The notes under the pieces are model-generated. The model did not search any database. It was not told the DNA's origin and saw only the letters and a program-made list of their open reading frames with translations. Positions 1 through 11,135 of a DNA stretch of 64,000 nt are shown piece by piece. How positions within the stretch are numbered: the first letter of the stretch is position 1; each line of letters begins with the position of its first letter. This DNA comes from Callorhinchus milii (taxonomy: Eukaryota), in contig NW_024704743.1 in assembly GCF_018977255.1 (NCBI RefSeq), forward strand, positions 107,262,001 to 107,326,000, read 5' to 3'. The translations under genes and the position numbers were made by a program.

Positions 1-370
1 TCTTTGCTGAAGGCGTTTGACTCCCGTTTTTTTTCTACTTGGTTACGGTTCCACCCAAATAGCCATTTTTCATGCGCGGGCCTTGGTAATGAGTCTTGGC
101 AGCTTATTCATCTGAGGAAAATCACACTTAGATCAATCCTGTCCTCATCCAAATTACATGTGTGCACTTTGCAGCAGGAGTCTCTGGATAGGAGAGTGAT
201 CAGATAGGGAAATTGACTAATGTTCCTTTCTCTAGCCCAGGTGTACTATCCCAACTAATGTCCCAGATGTGAGATGAGCTCTATGTGAGATTGGGACCTG
301 TGTGACTTCATTGTCTGTATGGTCTAGTGCTCACCAGGTGATTCCTTTATCCAGCAGGCCACCAAAGGAG
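1..370 (-). mobile_element. Old tRNA-derived SINE, AmnSINE2-like, near full length
   Basis: Collinear blocks match the reverse complement of the AmnSINE2 consensus as I recall it (gccatttttcatg; atcctgtcctca; cagcaggagtctctggatag; ctagcccagg; gtctgtatgg; ccaggtgattcctttatcc). The same blocks recur at 11960, 16265 and 21110. Confidence 0.65.
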
Positions 371-634
371 TCTTGATGGCAAAATTATGAATAATCTTCA
401 TTTAAATATTCATCTGACATTCAATAATTCCAAAGGGGAATTTATTCTTACAAGAGTATGACTGGAATCAGCTATTGTCAAAGAAACAGGGCCCTATCTA
501 ATAAAGACTCTTATTCACTCTTAGTAATATTTATTCTCAACTACGCAGGAAAGACTCTGATGCTGATCTGACAGAATTTTCTGCCTCAATCCCTTTGCCT
601 CACTCCCTTTTTATCTATCTTTAAATTCCAATTT

Positions 635-768
635 ATGACCTACCTCTTCGACCATGCCTATGGTTACCTTTCCCCTCCTGCTTGCTCAACATCCAACCCC
701 GCCACTGTGCAGTGTTCTGAGATGCTATCCTACATGAAGGGTGCCATATAAATGCGACTTTTTGTTGA
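635..768 (+). mobile_element. L2 LINE 3' end fragment (old)
   Basis: gacctacctcttcgaccatgcc...tgaagggtgccatataaatgc...tgttg, the same tail as other L2 copies here. Confidence 0.7.
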
Positions 769-891
769 AGGAAACAGAATAAACAGGGTTCTAACATTCT
801 ATTTATACTGAAATTCTTTCACCCGAATTCTGTGCAGAAATTGATGATAAACACAGTGTGAATTCTCTTATGGATCTTGAAGTGAATCTCT

Positions 892-1130
892 CAGAATCAT
901 AGAAACCATCTCATCGAGCCTAAAATAGTGCTAGCTAATCCACTGGATCTAATCTACTCTTTAATTTGCTTCCTGTATTTCTTTATATTCTTCTTCTTCA
1001 AATGTTTATTCAATTCTATTCTAAAAGCCATTACAATCTCAGCCTCAATAGCCACTTGTGGAAACATTCCACATTCTGATGACCAATTGTGTGAAAAAAA
1101 GACACAAGTCATCTTGCAGGTTTCCTCATC
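892..1130 (-). mobile_element. CR1 LINE 3' fragment (degraded)
   Basis: agaatcatagaa tail plus ttcttcttcaaatgtttattcaatt...acattccacattctgatgacc..tgtgtgaaaaa, homologous to 18434-18680. Confidence 0.6.
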
Positions 1131-1194
1131 CAATTGGATTCATCTGTCAAAACTCATTTAGTTCCCTAGCACTGACATGCCTCAACCTGAGAAG

Positions 1195-1392
1195 CTGACG
1201 AGTTTACCAATAAACTTAAAGTGCATGGTTTTAAGATAAATGTAATAGAGAAACAATTGAAGAGCTGAAAGGAGAGTAGGAGTAAAAGCATGTTTTTGTG
1301 TCTGGCTAGTTGTGATCAGTGACATACACCACGAATCTCACTTGGAACCGCTCTTATTTTCCATGAATATAAATGATACATTGGTATAGATC
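1195..1392 (+). mobile_element. CR1 LINE RT fragment (degraded)
   Basis: Residual reading KLKVHG...VISDIHHESHLEPLLFSMNIND, resembling CR1 [22 protein letters not shown]. Confidence 0.55.
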
Positions 1393-1883
1393 CCTGGGGT
1401 ACGCCAATAACTATATCCTCCAGCCTGAACAACTAAATGTTTGAAGCGGAAGACTTTTGTGTTTTACAATGTTGTAATAGCATAAGGGGTTTCCTTGTGC
1501 AATAGATTTGGAATCTCCCTTACTGCTAAGTGCAAGCTGAAAAAATTCCTTACATTTTGGGACAGTGATGCACAGAGTAGAAACTTTGGTGTCATTCCTG
1601 GAAAAGCATAGGGGAGATGATATTCAGGATTTTCTGCACTTCCACAAGGACTCGAAGCTTCTCCATGTTTGGAATAACCCTGAGAATGAAAAGAAGGGGG
1701 AAGTTATGCAAAAAGTATTCATTAACACCTATTGACTTCCCACTTCCTTTTGTCTCAAAGGTTGGATAGATAAACCAGTAGGACCTAGTAAAAGACTGAC
1801 CTGAAATGTTAATAAAGATCTCTCTCTCTCTTTCCCAAGGAGAGAACTGTGTGAACACATTGGAAGAAAGCCCATCAAGCATT

Positions 1884-1899
1884 GTGTGTGTGTGTGTGT
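1884..1899 (+). repeat. (TG)n microsatellite
   Basis: tgtgtgtgtgtgtgtg read directly. Confidence 0.95.
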
Positions 1900-2854
1900 G
1901 GAGGGGGAAGAATTTTAATCGGCAATACAGATTCCTTAAATCAGTTTTGAAGGACTGGCCACAGTTGATTTAATTGAAAAGTACAGCTGAGCACTACATC
2001 AATAGCTTGGAGGCTCAACATTTGTCTTGACAGAAATCGATAAAGAACAAGAACCAATGTCACCATGGATGAAACGAGTACAGTCGAGATTGTGGTTGTC
2101 TTAAGTGGAAGGGCATCTTATAGGTCAATCTAAATCTGGGATTGAGTGCACGAGGGATAATTCCACCTCTACACTGCTGCTCTGGAGTTCCCGAGCTCCT
2201 TCTTATGGATATTGTTGTGGTAGCCCAGCTCATGCATCACAGGAAAAAACTGGCCGCTAAAAGAAAGCAGCTGGTGAGGATCTTGTGTTTGTTGCAGAGG
2301 GCCTGGGAAACAAATTTGACTGGTAACGTATCACCTTATGGTTGAGTGACTGATGGAGCAATCAATGGGAGGCCCTCACTTTTTGATACAGCTGGCAAGC
2401 TCCTGTTCTATTACTTAAACTGCTACCAGTGCCCATTATTCTTAACTGCTCAGGAAAGAGCCTGATGGTGATCTGATCAAAACCCCTGCAAACCTTTTGA
2501 CACAAAAACATTATGAATTTTACCTAGACCAGCTGCGCAAATCGTATGTATTTACAAAAAATGTTTCATATGGAAAAGGTAGTCTCAGACCTATAATCAT
2601 TTCGAGCAATTGTTAACAACAACAGCACTGTAACTGGTATTTTGCAGCATGGACAACAATAATTCATCTCCATTCAACCACTGCTCACTCAGTCTTCTGT
2701 GCAAAGTTTTTTGGGGAACAAATTGCCATGTTCAATATTGGTGAATTTTGCAAAGCATCTTTTAAACATTTTTTTTGAAAACAATCTCAGCAATACTAAT
2801 CAATCGAAAATGACACCTAGTTTTGCAAACCGAAAAAGATTTGTTTTGATTTGT

Positions 2855-3238
2855 GTCAGGCTGGGTCAGTGATGGCACGCTTGCTTCTGAGTCTGAAGGT
2901 TGTGTGTTCAATCCCCAATTCGGAACTTGGAATCACATAGTCTCGGCTGATATTCCAACGCAGTGCAGGAGGTGTACTGCATTCTTGCCGGTGCCATCCT
3001 TTGGATGAGACCTCAAACCAAGGTCCTGTATGATTATTCAGTTAGACGTTAAAGATCCCAAGGCACTATTTGAAAAAGAGGAGTGTCTCCCATTGTTCTG
3101 GCCAGCAAATTCCCCAAATAAAACTAGCTACCATATTGCACCCACAAAATACATAGTCAATCCAGTTTCCTGTGAAGTACTTTGAAACATCTTGATGACG
3201 TGATAAGGTGCTATATCAAATGCAAGGATGATTATTAT
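2855..3238 (+). mobile_element. Deu-domain SINE (SacSINE1-like): tRNA head, Deu core, L2-type tail
   Basis: Head gggtcagtgatggcacgcttgcttctgagtctgaaggttgtgtgttcaatccc; Deu core ggtgccatcctttggatgagacctcaaaccaaggtcc...ttaaagatcccaaggcactatttgaa; tail ggtgctatatcaaatgcaaggatgattatta. Confidence 0.75.
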
Positions 3239-3289
3239 ATATCAAGTTAACCCAATTTATGTTGCAGACATCTTGACCTGTGTTAATAG

Positions 3290-3520
3290 GGGAAATAGGT
3301 TTTAGAGGTTCTGATGAGCAATAATATCTGCAGATGCGTTCCAAATAAAATTTTTGAATAATTCATTTTATAAGTATGATATTGCTTTCCATGGAGCCCT
3401 GAATTCATCCATGCCATCAAACAGAGCAACCATGAAAAGTTGAAGTAAGATAAGGAGTTTCTCTTGGAACGCATCCTTGTTTTATTATGTGTTACTCTCA
3501 CTGGGATCAATAATATGATC
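3290..3520 (-). mobile_element. Ancient RTE-clade LINE RT remnant
   Basis: Minus strand reads IKQGCV...PYL/FNF across a frameshift, then SADII, resembling GVRQGCVLSPYLFN...YADDI. Confidence 0.45.
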
Positions 3521-4661
3521 AGGAACAAATTGTGACTTTTTTTTCAAATACAGAAATGAATTTTACGAACATGCGATAGACTGTTCCACTGACACTAACC
3601 AGGAGTGATGCATTCCAAGAGAATGGCCTCTTTTTCGTACCACAGCATTATACTTTGTTTTTTCCTGACAAAAAATGATAGTCATCTACAGAAGAACATT
3701 TTACAAGCAATTTGTTTTAAAAAAACTGAATGACTATTTCAAAAAAAATTATATTGATCTAGAAGTAAATGTCTAGCACTATCATTACTTATACTTATCT
3801 TAGAGTGACTTGTCCTTTAACAAGGTGGCTAATGTGACAACTGACATGATAGATCATGTAGTAGTATGTTATAGATCATGTTGTGTTAGAGTAAAACATA
3901 ACATTCTCAGAACAATTGGGGATAGGCAATAAATAGTGATACTGTCAGAGTCACCAACATCCCAACAAAGAGTTTAAAAAAATGTTAAATGGTAAATATA
4001 TAATCCTTCCATTTGATTATAGCCCCTTTTAATATCATTGAAACATCTCAAAACACTTCACAGGATTTTACTGTGATGTGTACTGACCATGCCTTTGTAG
4101 GAAAATAAGCTACTGTAGTGTGACTGACCTGTTTTCATCAATGTGCATAGTGGACAAAAAGACGTCAATCACTCTACAATAATTATAATAAAAATCCTTG
4201 CATTTGATAATACACCTTATCACATCATCAAGATGTCTCAAAGTGCTTCATGGGATTTTCTGTAAAGTGGTGTGACTATTATATGATAAAACATGAAATA
4301 TCAAATAAACGAAAAGGGAATTTGTGTTACTAAAACTAATCTAGAGCTACTTCATTGCGATGCACAAAGCCAATTCGTGTTGAGAGGCCATCTATTTTCA
4401 ATTCAATAGTTCCCCACAAGGTAAGTTCTAGATTCTCAGGCATATAAGAGAGGAGATGTGAAATGGGAGGCAAGGGCCATCATTTCATTCCACCCCGAGA
4501 GACAGAGGAAGAATCAGAACGCAAATCATCCCCAGCCTTTATTGATCAAGGAGTAGGTTGCCTCCTCACTCTTCTGTGTTGGAAATAATGAAAGTTGTGG
4601 GTGTGATGGAAAAATATAAAAAGTTACAACAAAAAAGTGTATGAGCGTGTAAAGAGACCAG

Positions 4662-4860
4662 TAATAATAAATAATAATAATAATCCTTGCATTTGATATA
4701 GAGCTTTTCACGTCTTCAAGACGTCTCAAAGCCCTTCACAGAATATACTCTAAAGTGAATTGACTGTATATTTGGGGGCGAAATGTGGCAGCCAATTACA
4801 TACATCAGTGTCCCACAAACAGTCATGGATTGAGTGACCAATTTTTTTTTAAGGATTATT
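4662..4860 (-). mobile_element. tRNA-Ala SINE, 5'-truncated copy
   Basis: (TAA)n-tccttgcatttgatatag tail and a body matching 47033-47220. Confidence 0.85.
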
Positions 4861-4989
4861 ATCCCCGGAAAAGCGATCCGCCAATCAAACTTGGTGGATA
4901 CAGCTGTGAGTTTCTCCCTGCATTTGGCCAATAGTTACTCACCTCATGGTTGTTTGAGGTGGTGAAAATGGCTGCTATATTTTCTATAC

Positions 4990-5056
4990 CAACAACAACA
5001 AAATTACATTTGTATAGCGCCTTTCACGTCGGGAGGACATCCCAAGGCTGGACAAT
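4990..5056 (-). mobile_element. Young L2 3' terminal stub
   Basis: (CAA)n-aattacatttgtatagcgcctttcacgtcgggaggacatcccaagg, near identical to 12225-12285. Confidence 0.85.
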
Positions 5057-5189
5057 CAATATTTCAGACTAACAGTCACTAAACTCGACAGTATTTACGA
5101 GAGAAGTACTCTGAGACATTTTGACCCGGTGAGGCGCTATAAAAACACAGAAGTTAAGTTGTTTGTGGTGAGTTTTTGAGGACTTCAAC

Positions 5190-5545
5190 TCCACCACCAA
5201 TGTTTCCAGGTATGTGTAGGACATGTTTGCCCAAATCAGATATGATCATCAAGTCAAGGAGCTGACAATGTGCAAACAAAGCCACTTTGCCACCCTCGTG
5301 GCATGCAGTTGGGTGGGCAACATCACCATCAATCTTTCTCGACAGAATTACTGACTTGTTCTCAACTGAAGATAACACATCGTTTGTATTTGTAAGGTGG
5401 AATTTGGTTACTGCTTGTCTTGCAGACAACTTATTGATTACTTTGTGCCATTAGAGAAGTGAACATTTCTTTTGACAACATCCGTCAGGCCATTGATGAA
5501 AATGAGAAACAAAGAGGTCAACCACCTTTGAAGAGCCATGTGACA
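5190..5545 (-). mobile_element. Ancient CR1/L2-group RT remnant
   Basis: Minus strand GSSKVVTSLFLIFINGLTDVVKRNVHFSNGTK resembles GSVLGPLLFLIFINDLPDVV...FADDTK; downstream DLMIISDL resembles DLGVIISxDL. Confidence 0.55.
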
Positions 5546-5974
5546 CAAGTAACAAGAGTGCGAAATATCACTTTCAAAGAGCCCGGATTGTAGACATTTT
5601 AATTTTTGGCCCTGGGGACAATTGGATTTAATTTACTATGAATCCTACCAAAAATATCAATGGATGATGGTTACTTTTTATCCTCTGATTTTTTTAAATA
5701 TATAATGAAATTTCCTGTATCTCATATATTATTGATCACTTCTTCAGTGATCTTTCTCCCTCCTCACCCTCTTCAGCTCCTCTACTCCCCTCCCCACAGC
5801 TCGGGTTCCTAGCCAGCTGTGTAAAGTGCTTTCAGATGTTCTCCCTCTGTGAACAATGCTACATAAATGTAAATTGAATTGTATATTAGTAAAACTGCAG
5901 AACTCTGAGGTACCTCAACATGTAATATTGAGTACTACACTGGTCTTGGAATCATGAAAGAAAGGACAAAAGAG

Positions 5975-6200
5975 AGAACTTACATTTTTATGGTGCATTA
6001 TCATATCTCAAAACGCTTCATAAGTAATTACTATCAAATGTGGTGAATGATAGTTACAGGCAATCATGGCAGCCTTTTAAGGCAGTAAGATTCCTCAAAC
6101 CAAACACAGTGAATGTCGAAAGTAAACTGGAGGACAGTTGACCAGGACATTAGGAGATTCTTCTCTTTTTGAACAGTGTCTTGGTATCTTTAGCAACAGC
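5975..6200 (-). mobile_element. Deu-domain SINE 3' half (degraded)
   Basis: L2-type tail, ggcagcc...agattcctcaaac, then accaggacattaggagattcttctctttttgaacagtgtcttggtatctttag (Deu core, reverse). Confidence 0.6.
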
Positions 6201-6213
6201 TTGCATGGAAGGT

Positions 6214-6480
6214 GCCCTTCCCATAGAATGTCTCGGATCGCTTCCCAGTGGAGGGGTTGGACACTGAGCAAGGGAGACGGAGAAGGGGGAGGTCACCGTA
6301 GACATGGTCAAAGAGATAGGTTTCAAGGTGGGACTTAAAGAAAGATAGCAAGGGGACAAGATGGAGAGATAGAGACAAGGAGTTCCAGAGGTGAAAGCTA
6401 CAGTGACTGAAGAAGGCTCAGCCACCGATGGTAGCACGTGGGGTGTTGGGACGGAGGTGGGGAACACACAGCAGGTCTGT
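6214..6480 (-). mobile_element. L2 LINE 3' fragment
   Basis: catggtcaaagagataggtttcaaggtgggacttaaag...ggagttccagagg...gactgaag, homologous to 42380-42500. Confidence 0.7.
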
Positions 6481-7484
6481 GTTCGTTGCGTGGATATTCA
6501 CCTAAAAAGGGAGATGGTCCCTTGCTTTAATGTATCATCCAAAACATTATTTTTTTGATGTGACAGTTGAATAAATGGATGCAGACAATCAAAATGTTAG
6601 CACTTGTTACTTGGGTGTCAGGAATTCAGGCCAATGACGTATATATTTTACATCACCGGGGGATGTGTGTGGTGTTAATCAATTTTCCAATTATGCAATT
6701 AATTATTTCTGTTACATATAGCAGACTTATAGAAATCTCCTTTTGTGGCTTGTGAGAAAGACTAAGAGATTCCTCAACAACAGAGAGATAGGTCGCTGGA
6801 AATATAGCACAGGCATAATCCGTGGCCGGCTTAGTTTACTGAACACAGCAGCGTTCACCAAGTGGCTGGCCACAGAGCCAATTAGGCGATGAGAGTCCAA
6901 GGCCACATGAGTGTGTACTTAGGGAAAGTTAACAAGCCATTTAGCCACAGCAGGCTGGCAAGCCAAAAAAATAAATCAAGCAGACCCAGAAACACATGCA
7001 TTATGTCATGCACACTTAGGGGAACCCCTTTATGTTCTCAGACCGTGCCCACTCCTACACCACAGGACATTGTGCAACCAGCTGTAACCTCAACCAGTGG
7101 CTCTGGAGCTCCTGCTGGTGGAATGCCACTCTGTCCTATAAGGAAGGTGATACACATTGGTGCTGTGCAACCGTCTTTAATTACATCACACAGAAGTCTA
7201 TAATAATAATAATCCTTGCAATTCACTTAGTGTCTTTCGTGTCGGGAGAATGCCTCAAAGCGCTTCACAGTATTTACTGTAAAGTATAGTCACTGCGTAT
7301 TTTATAGGTGAATATTGGTCAGTTATTAATTGTTCTCCTTTGGTGTGGAACTCTCTGAGTGACTTTGACAATCTCACTGACAGTGCATGAATATACTATA
7401 CTGTAGGCATATCAGAAAGCAGAAGACAAGCAGATCAGTATATAAATGCAGAAGAGTTTAAGTGAAGAGTTTAAGGAGAGTCTT

Positions 7485-7797
7485 GTTGAGTCCTGTAGCT
7501 CAGTGATTAGAGCACTCGCCTTGCAAGCGAGAGACCTGAGTTCGATTCCCGGGGGGTCGAAACCTTGGGCAAGTTTCCTTACTCCACACGCCTGATAATA
7601 ATCCCTCAAAAAATAAATAAAATTGGTCACTTCAATCCACGGCTGTTTGTGGGACACTGCTGTGCGCAATTGACTGCCGCGTTTCACCCACAAATATACG
7701 GTCAATGCACTTTAGAGTATATTCTGTGAAGCGCTTTGAGACATCTAGAAGACATGAAAAGCCCTATATCAAATGCAAGGATTACTATTATTATTAT
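7485..7797 (+). mobile_element. Full-length tRNA-Ala-derived SINE with L2-type (TTA)n tail
   Basis: A box tagctcagtga, anticodon arm ctcgc-cttgcaa-gcgag (TGC), B box gttcgattc; ends ctatatcaaatgcaaggattactattattatta. Confidence 0.9.
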
Positions 7798-8294
7798 ACG
7801 TGTATTGACTCAGTAACCAAAGTCTAAGCATCATCAGCTACTGTCTAATGACACAGCAGTGAGGGTAATCAGCTGAACCAATAGAAAAGTGCGGACATTT
7901 TTGCAAAAGATTGCAGAGCGCTTCGCAAATCTTGCGGGAAATTGTAGCATGCTTTGCTAAGTTTTGCAGGGAAATTGTGGGGGTTGATTTGTGTTATTGA
8001 GGTACATGATACTGCTACATTTTTTCACTTTATTGATAAAAATTAAACATAAGGAAATAACACATATTAGATTGTTGCAAAAAAAATTCATTGCTTCTTT
8101 AACAAAAACTGGAGTCGCCCTTTTTCTGTGGGGGGTGGGGGGAAATGGGAACACCAGCGAAGCTACAGGAGCTCACCACCTCCTGCCTCTCAGGGCCTGA
8201 GCCGCTCAGAGATCCAGAGAGACACACACATTCACAGACACAGAGACACACACACACTCAGACAGTCACAGCAGCAGGGACTCTGAGTGTAGCT

Positions 8295-8619
8295 TAATAA
8301 TAAATAATAATAATAATAATCCTTGCATTTGATATAGCGCTTTTCACGTCGGGAGGACGTCCCAAAGCGCTTCACAGAACACACTGTAAAGTGAATTGAC
8401 TGTATATTTGTGGGCGAACGCGGCAACCAATTGCGCACAGCAATGTCCCACAAACAGTCGTAGATTGAAAATGACCAATTTATTATTATTTTTGGTTTTG
8501 GAGGGATTATTATTAGGCGTGTGGAGTAAGGAAACTTGCCCAAGGTTTCGCCCTGTCTGGAACTGAACTCAGTTCAGTTGCAAAGCAAGTGCTCTAACCA
8601 CTGAGCTACAGGACTCCAC
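8295..8619 (-). mobile_element. Full-length tRNA-Ala-derived SINE (young)
   Basis: Highly similar to 47033-47360; 5' end gtggagtcctgtagctcagtggttagagcac and (TTA)n tail. Confidence 0.92.
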
Positions 8620-8639
8620 GATTTGCCACATGCAAGTCA

Positions 8640-8813
8640 GGAGCCACTCCACCCACAGTGACGTCAGATAAACAGTGCGATTGGCCTGCAGGCCAGAAAC
8701 TATATTTATATATTTATGGCGGGTTTGTAACATGGGTGGGAGGGGGGAGAGGGTGAAGAGGTTTGTAGCGGAAAATGAGGAGGACGTGTGACCTCACTTT
8801 TCTATTGGCCCAG
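8640..8813 (-). repeat. Unclassified dispersed repeat with CCAAT, TATA-like and CRE motifs
   Basis: Reverse complement aligns with 50634-50780 (19-bp exact ctgggccaatagaaaagtg; ccgctacaaac; tacaaacccgc; cactgtgggtgg). Confidence 0.75.
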
Positions 8814-9204
8814 ATCATTGGGCACAGAGCAAAGTTCACTGCATAGACTTGCCACCCAGCCGCTCAGGTCTTAGGCTGCGGGAGTGCGGCTTGGCAAAGA
8901 GAACGATTCCCATGTGAAATCTGTCTGTGTACTTGTGCTCAAAAGGACACTTAAAAGGACCTCTCAGGTACGTGACCGTCCATCTCATGAATGCAAGTCA
9001 TTCAGTGGCAACAGGATTTTATTTCTACCACGAAAAAAAACTGCTCATCTTATTTATGGAGAAAACTCAAAAAGTCAACACTATCATCACATATTTGCTC
9101 CCCAAAGTTAATTACATTACTCTTTCAGGGTTACAATGAAAAATGGATCCCATAGTTTCTAGGACAAAAGACATTTCATAATCAGTGAGATTATTTGTCA
9201 TAAA

Positions 9205-9412
9205 AAGAGTTTCTCCTCGTGTCCTGGCCAACAACCCCCCAATTTCAATAGGTTGTTTACTTCATGGCAGTTCATGACTCATTGTTGTGCACAGGTTGGT
9301 TGCTGCAGTCTCCTACAAAATACAGTCACTACATTTTACAGTAAATCTCGTGAAGCCGTTTGAGATGTTCTCCTGATATGAAAGGCACTATAAGAAATGT
9401 AAGGATTGTTAT
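9205..9412 (+). mobile_element. Deu-domain SINE 3' half (degraded)
   Basis: agagtttctcctcgtgtcctggccaac ... tgaaaggcactataagaaatgtaaggattgttatta. Confidence 0.6.
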
Positions 9413-10105
9413 TATATAACATGAGAGAGGAAATCCCAATGTCGGATGATGGCAATTAAAAAAAATGGCATAATGACCAATAAAAAACACAAGATGCCCC
9501 ATTTTGCGAACTGAACTGAAATAAAACCTATTTTATATGAAAGGTTCAGTATCCATGATACACTAAGTGTACCAACAGATTCCTCCAGTGTTGCACATGC
9601 CGGAGATCGAATGCACGACACTGTGGAGTAGTTGGATACTGGTTCATGCTCATACCTCCCAGTTGGAATCAGACTCCATTGTGCGAATGCATAACAGGCC
9701 CAAATCTCTACTAATTGTGGATGTTATTAAAATTAATTAGAGAGTCGGTTCTTTTTTTTTAAAAAACGGAGGCAAACCAGTTTCCAAAGTAAGACTGAAT
9801 TAAAAATGTCTCTACAATTCCATGCGACAGCGATCTTGAATTTTAAGTGCTCTGAGACGTTATTCCGAGTGAAGGGCACTACATAAATGCAAGTTATCGT
9901 TTTGGAATTTAAGACAAATGGTCTGACAGACTAAGATTTACAGGCAGAACATTGATCCTCTGATGTGCTTCCTTCCCACTGAAAGGAAAACAATCAGATT
10001 ATTTGAACATGTGACACTCCCCCACTTCCTATCAGCCAGCTAGAGAGGCATTTACCTGGGGATAGGTTTCCAGCATATTCTCCGCTAACAAAACTTCCTT
10101 GGGAC

Positions 10106-10174
10106 AGCGCCTTGGGACGTCCTCCCGACGTAAAAAGCGCTCTATAAATGCAATCTTGTTGTTGTTGTTGTTGT
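10106..10174 (+). mobile_element. Young L2 3' terminal stub with stem-loop and (TTG)n
   Basis: agcgccttgggacgtcctcccgacgtaaaaagcgctctataaatgcaatc(ttg)n. Confidence 0.85.
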
Positions 10175-10787
10175 TCCAAAGAATACTAAAAAGACCCCTT
10201 AAATAACTCATTAATGTTTAGGTATCAAACCAATCTCAGGGTTTAATGTCATTAATACTCCTCAGATTAATGCCTTCATTTAATTGCAAATATATTTTCA
10301 ACTTTTTTTCCCCCCGTTTCTGCATAGACCTACACATGCTTGCTCAATGTGAATCTTATGCTTGAATGCATTAAACAGTTAGAAATGAAATCTGAAAGTG
10401 TTGTGTCATCACTGTTTTTTTTTGCTTAGACTGAATAATAGCTATGCTGTGACTATACTTGTCAGAGAATGTCAAATGCACAATTGTGCAATTATACTGA
10501 TACATAAAAACTCAACATTTAGCCTGTTATATGGACATGCCACATGTTTCATTAATTGCAATGAATACTGTCTAATAGAAACATAATAGCACAACAGTGC
10601 AGTGGAAGATAGATGCAAGTGAGTAATAATTCTTTGGTTTCTCCCAGAATTTCAACATGTATTTAAGTTGAATATTAAAACAATGCCACTAAATTTGCTG
10701 CAGTGATGCAGAATGGTCGAGTGCCATTGTAAATTCCTAGAGAAACATAGAATTGGGAAGGGCAATGGAATATATATTCTCCCATAC

Positions 10788-10890
10788 CTACAGACATTCA
10801 CACAGATGCACAGAGAAAGAGAGAGACATACATACAGATGTGTACACACAGGGAGAGACACACACAGAAACATGCACACATAGACAGCAA
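10788..10890 (+). repeat. Degenerate CA/GA-rich simple repeat
   Basis: acacagatgcacagagaaagagagagacatacatacag... Confidence 0.8.
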
Positions 10891-10913
10891 CTCAAGAGTT
10901 ACATACTACCACG

Positions 10914-11135
10914 TAATCCTTGTATTTAATTTGATATAGCGCCTTTCACCTCAGGAGGATATCTCAAAACACTTCAAGAGATTCACTGTAAAGTATACTG
11001 CCTGTGTATAGCCATTGACCAGCCGCCAATTTGCCCACAGCAATGTCCCACAAAAGAACATGAAATGAATGACAAATTTGATCAGAGGGGGTGGGTGGAC
11101 ACTGGTCAGAATACCGGGAGAAACTCCCTTCTCTT
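10914..11135 (-). mobile_element. SINE 3' half (Deu-type/L2 tail)
   Basis: tgatatagcgcctttcacctcaggaggat...gccaatttgcccacagcaatgtcccacaaa...ggtcagaataccgggagaaactcc. Confidence 0.7.

Noticed and set aside
1190..1225. Hammerhead ribozyme (ctgacga plus stem)
   Set aside because: Lacks the GAAA core and flanking stems and lies in CR1 coding debris; other CTGANGA sites I checked also lacked the core.
1541..1735. Protein-looking open frame (..LEKHRGDDIQDFLHFHKD..)
   Set aside because: Short, stop-bounded, no clear splice sites and no recognised homology.
7485..7560. tRNA-Ala(TGC) gene
   Set aside because: No acceptor stem closure; it continues into a SINE body and tail present in several copies.
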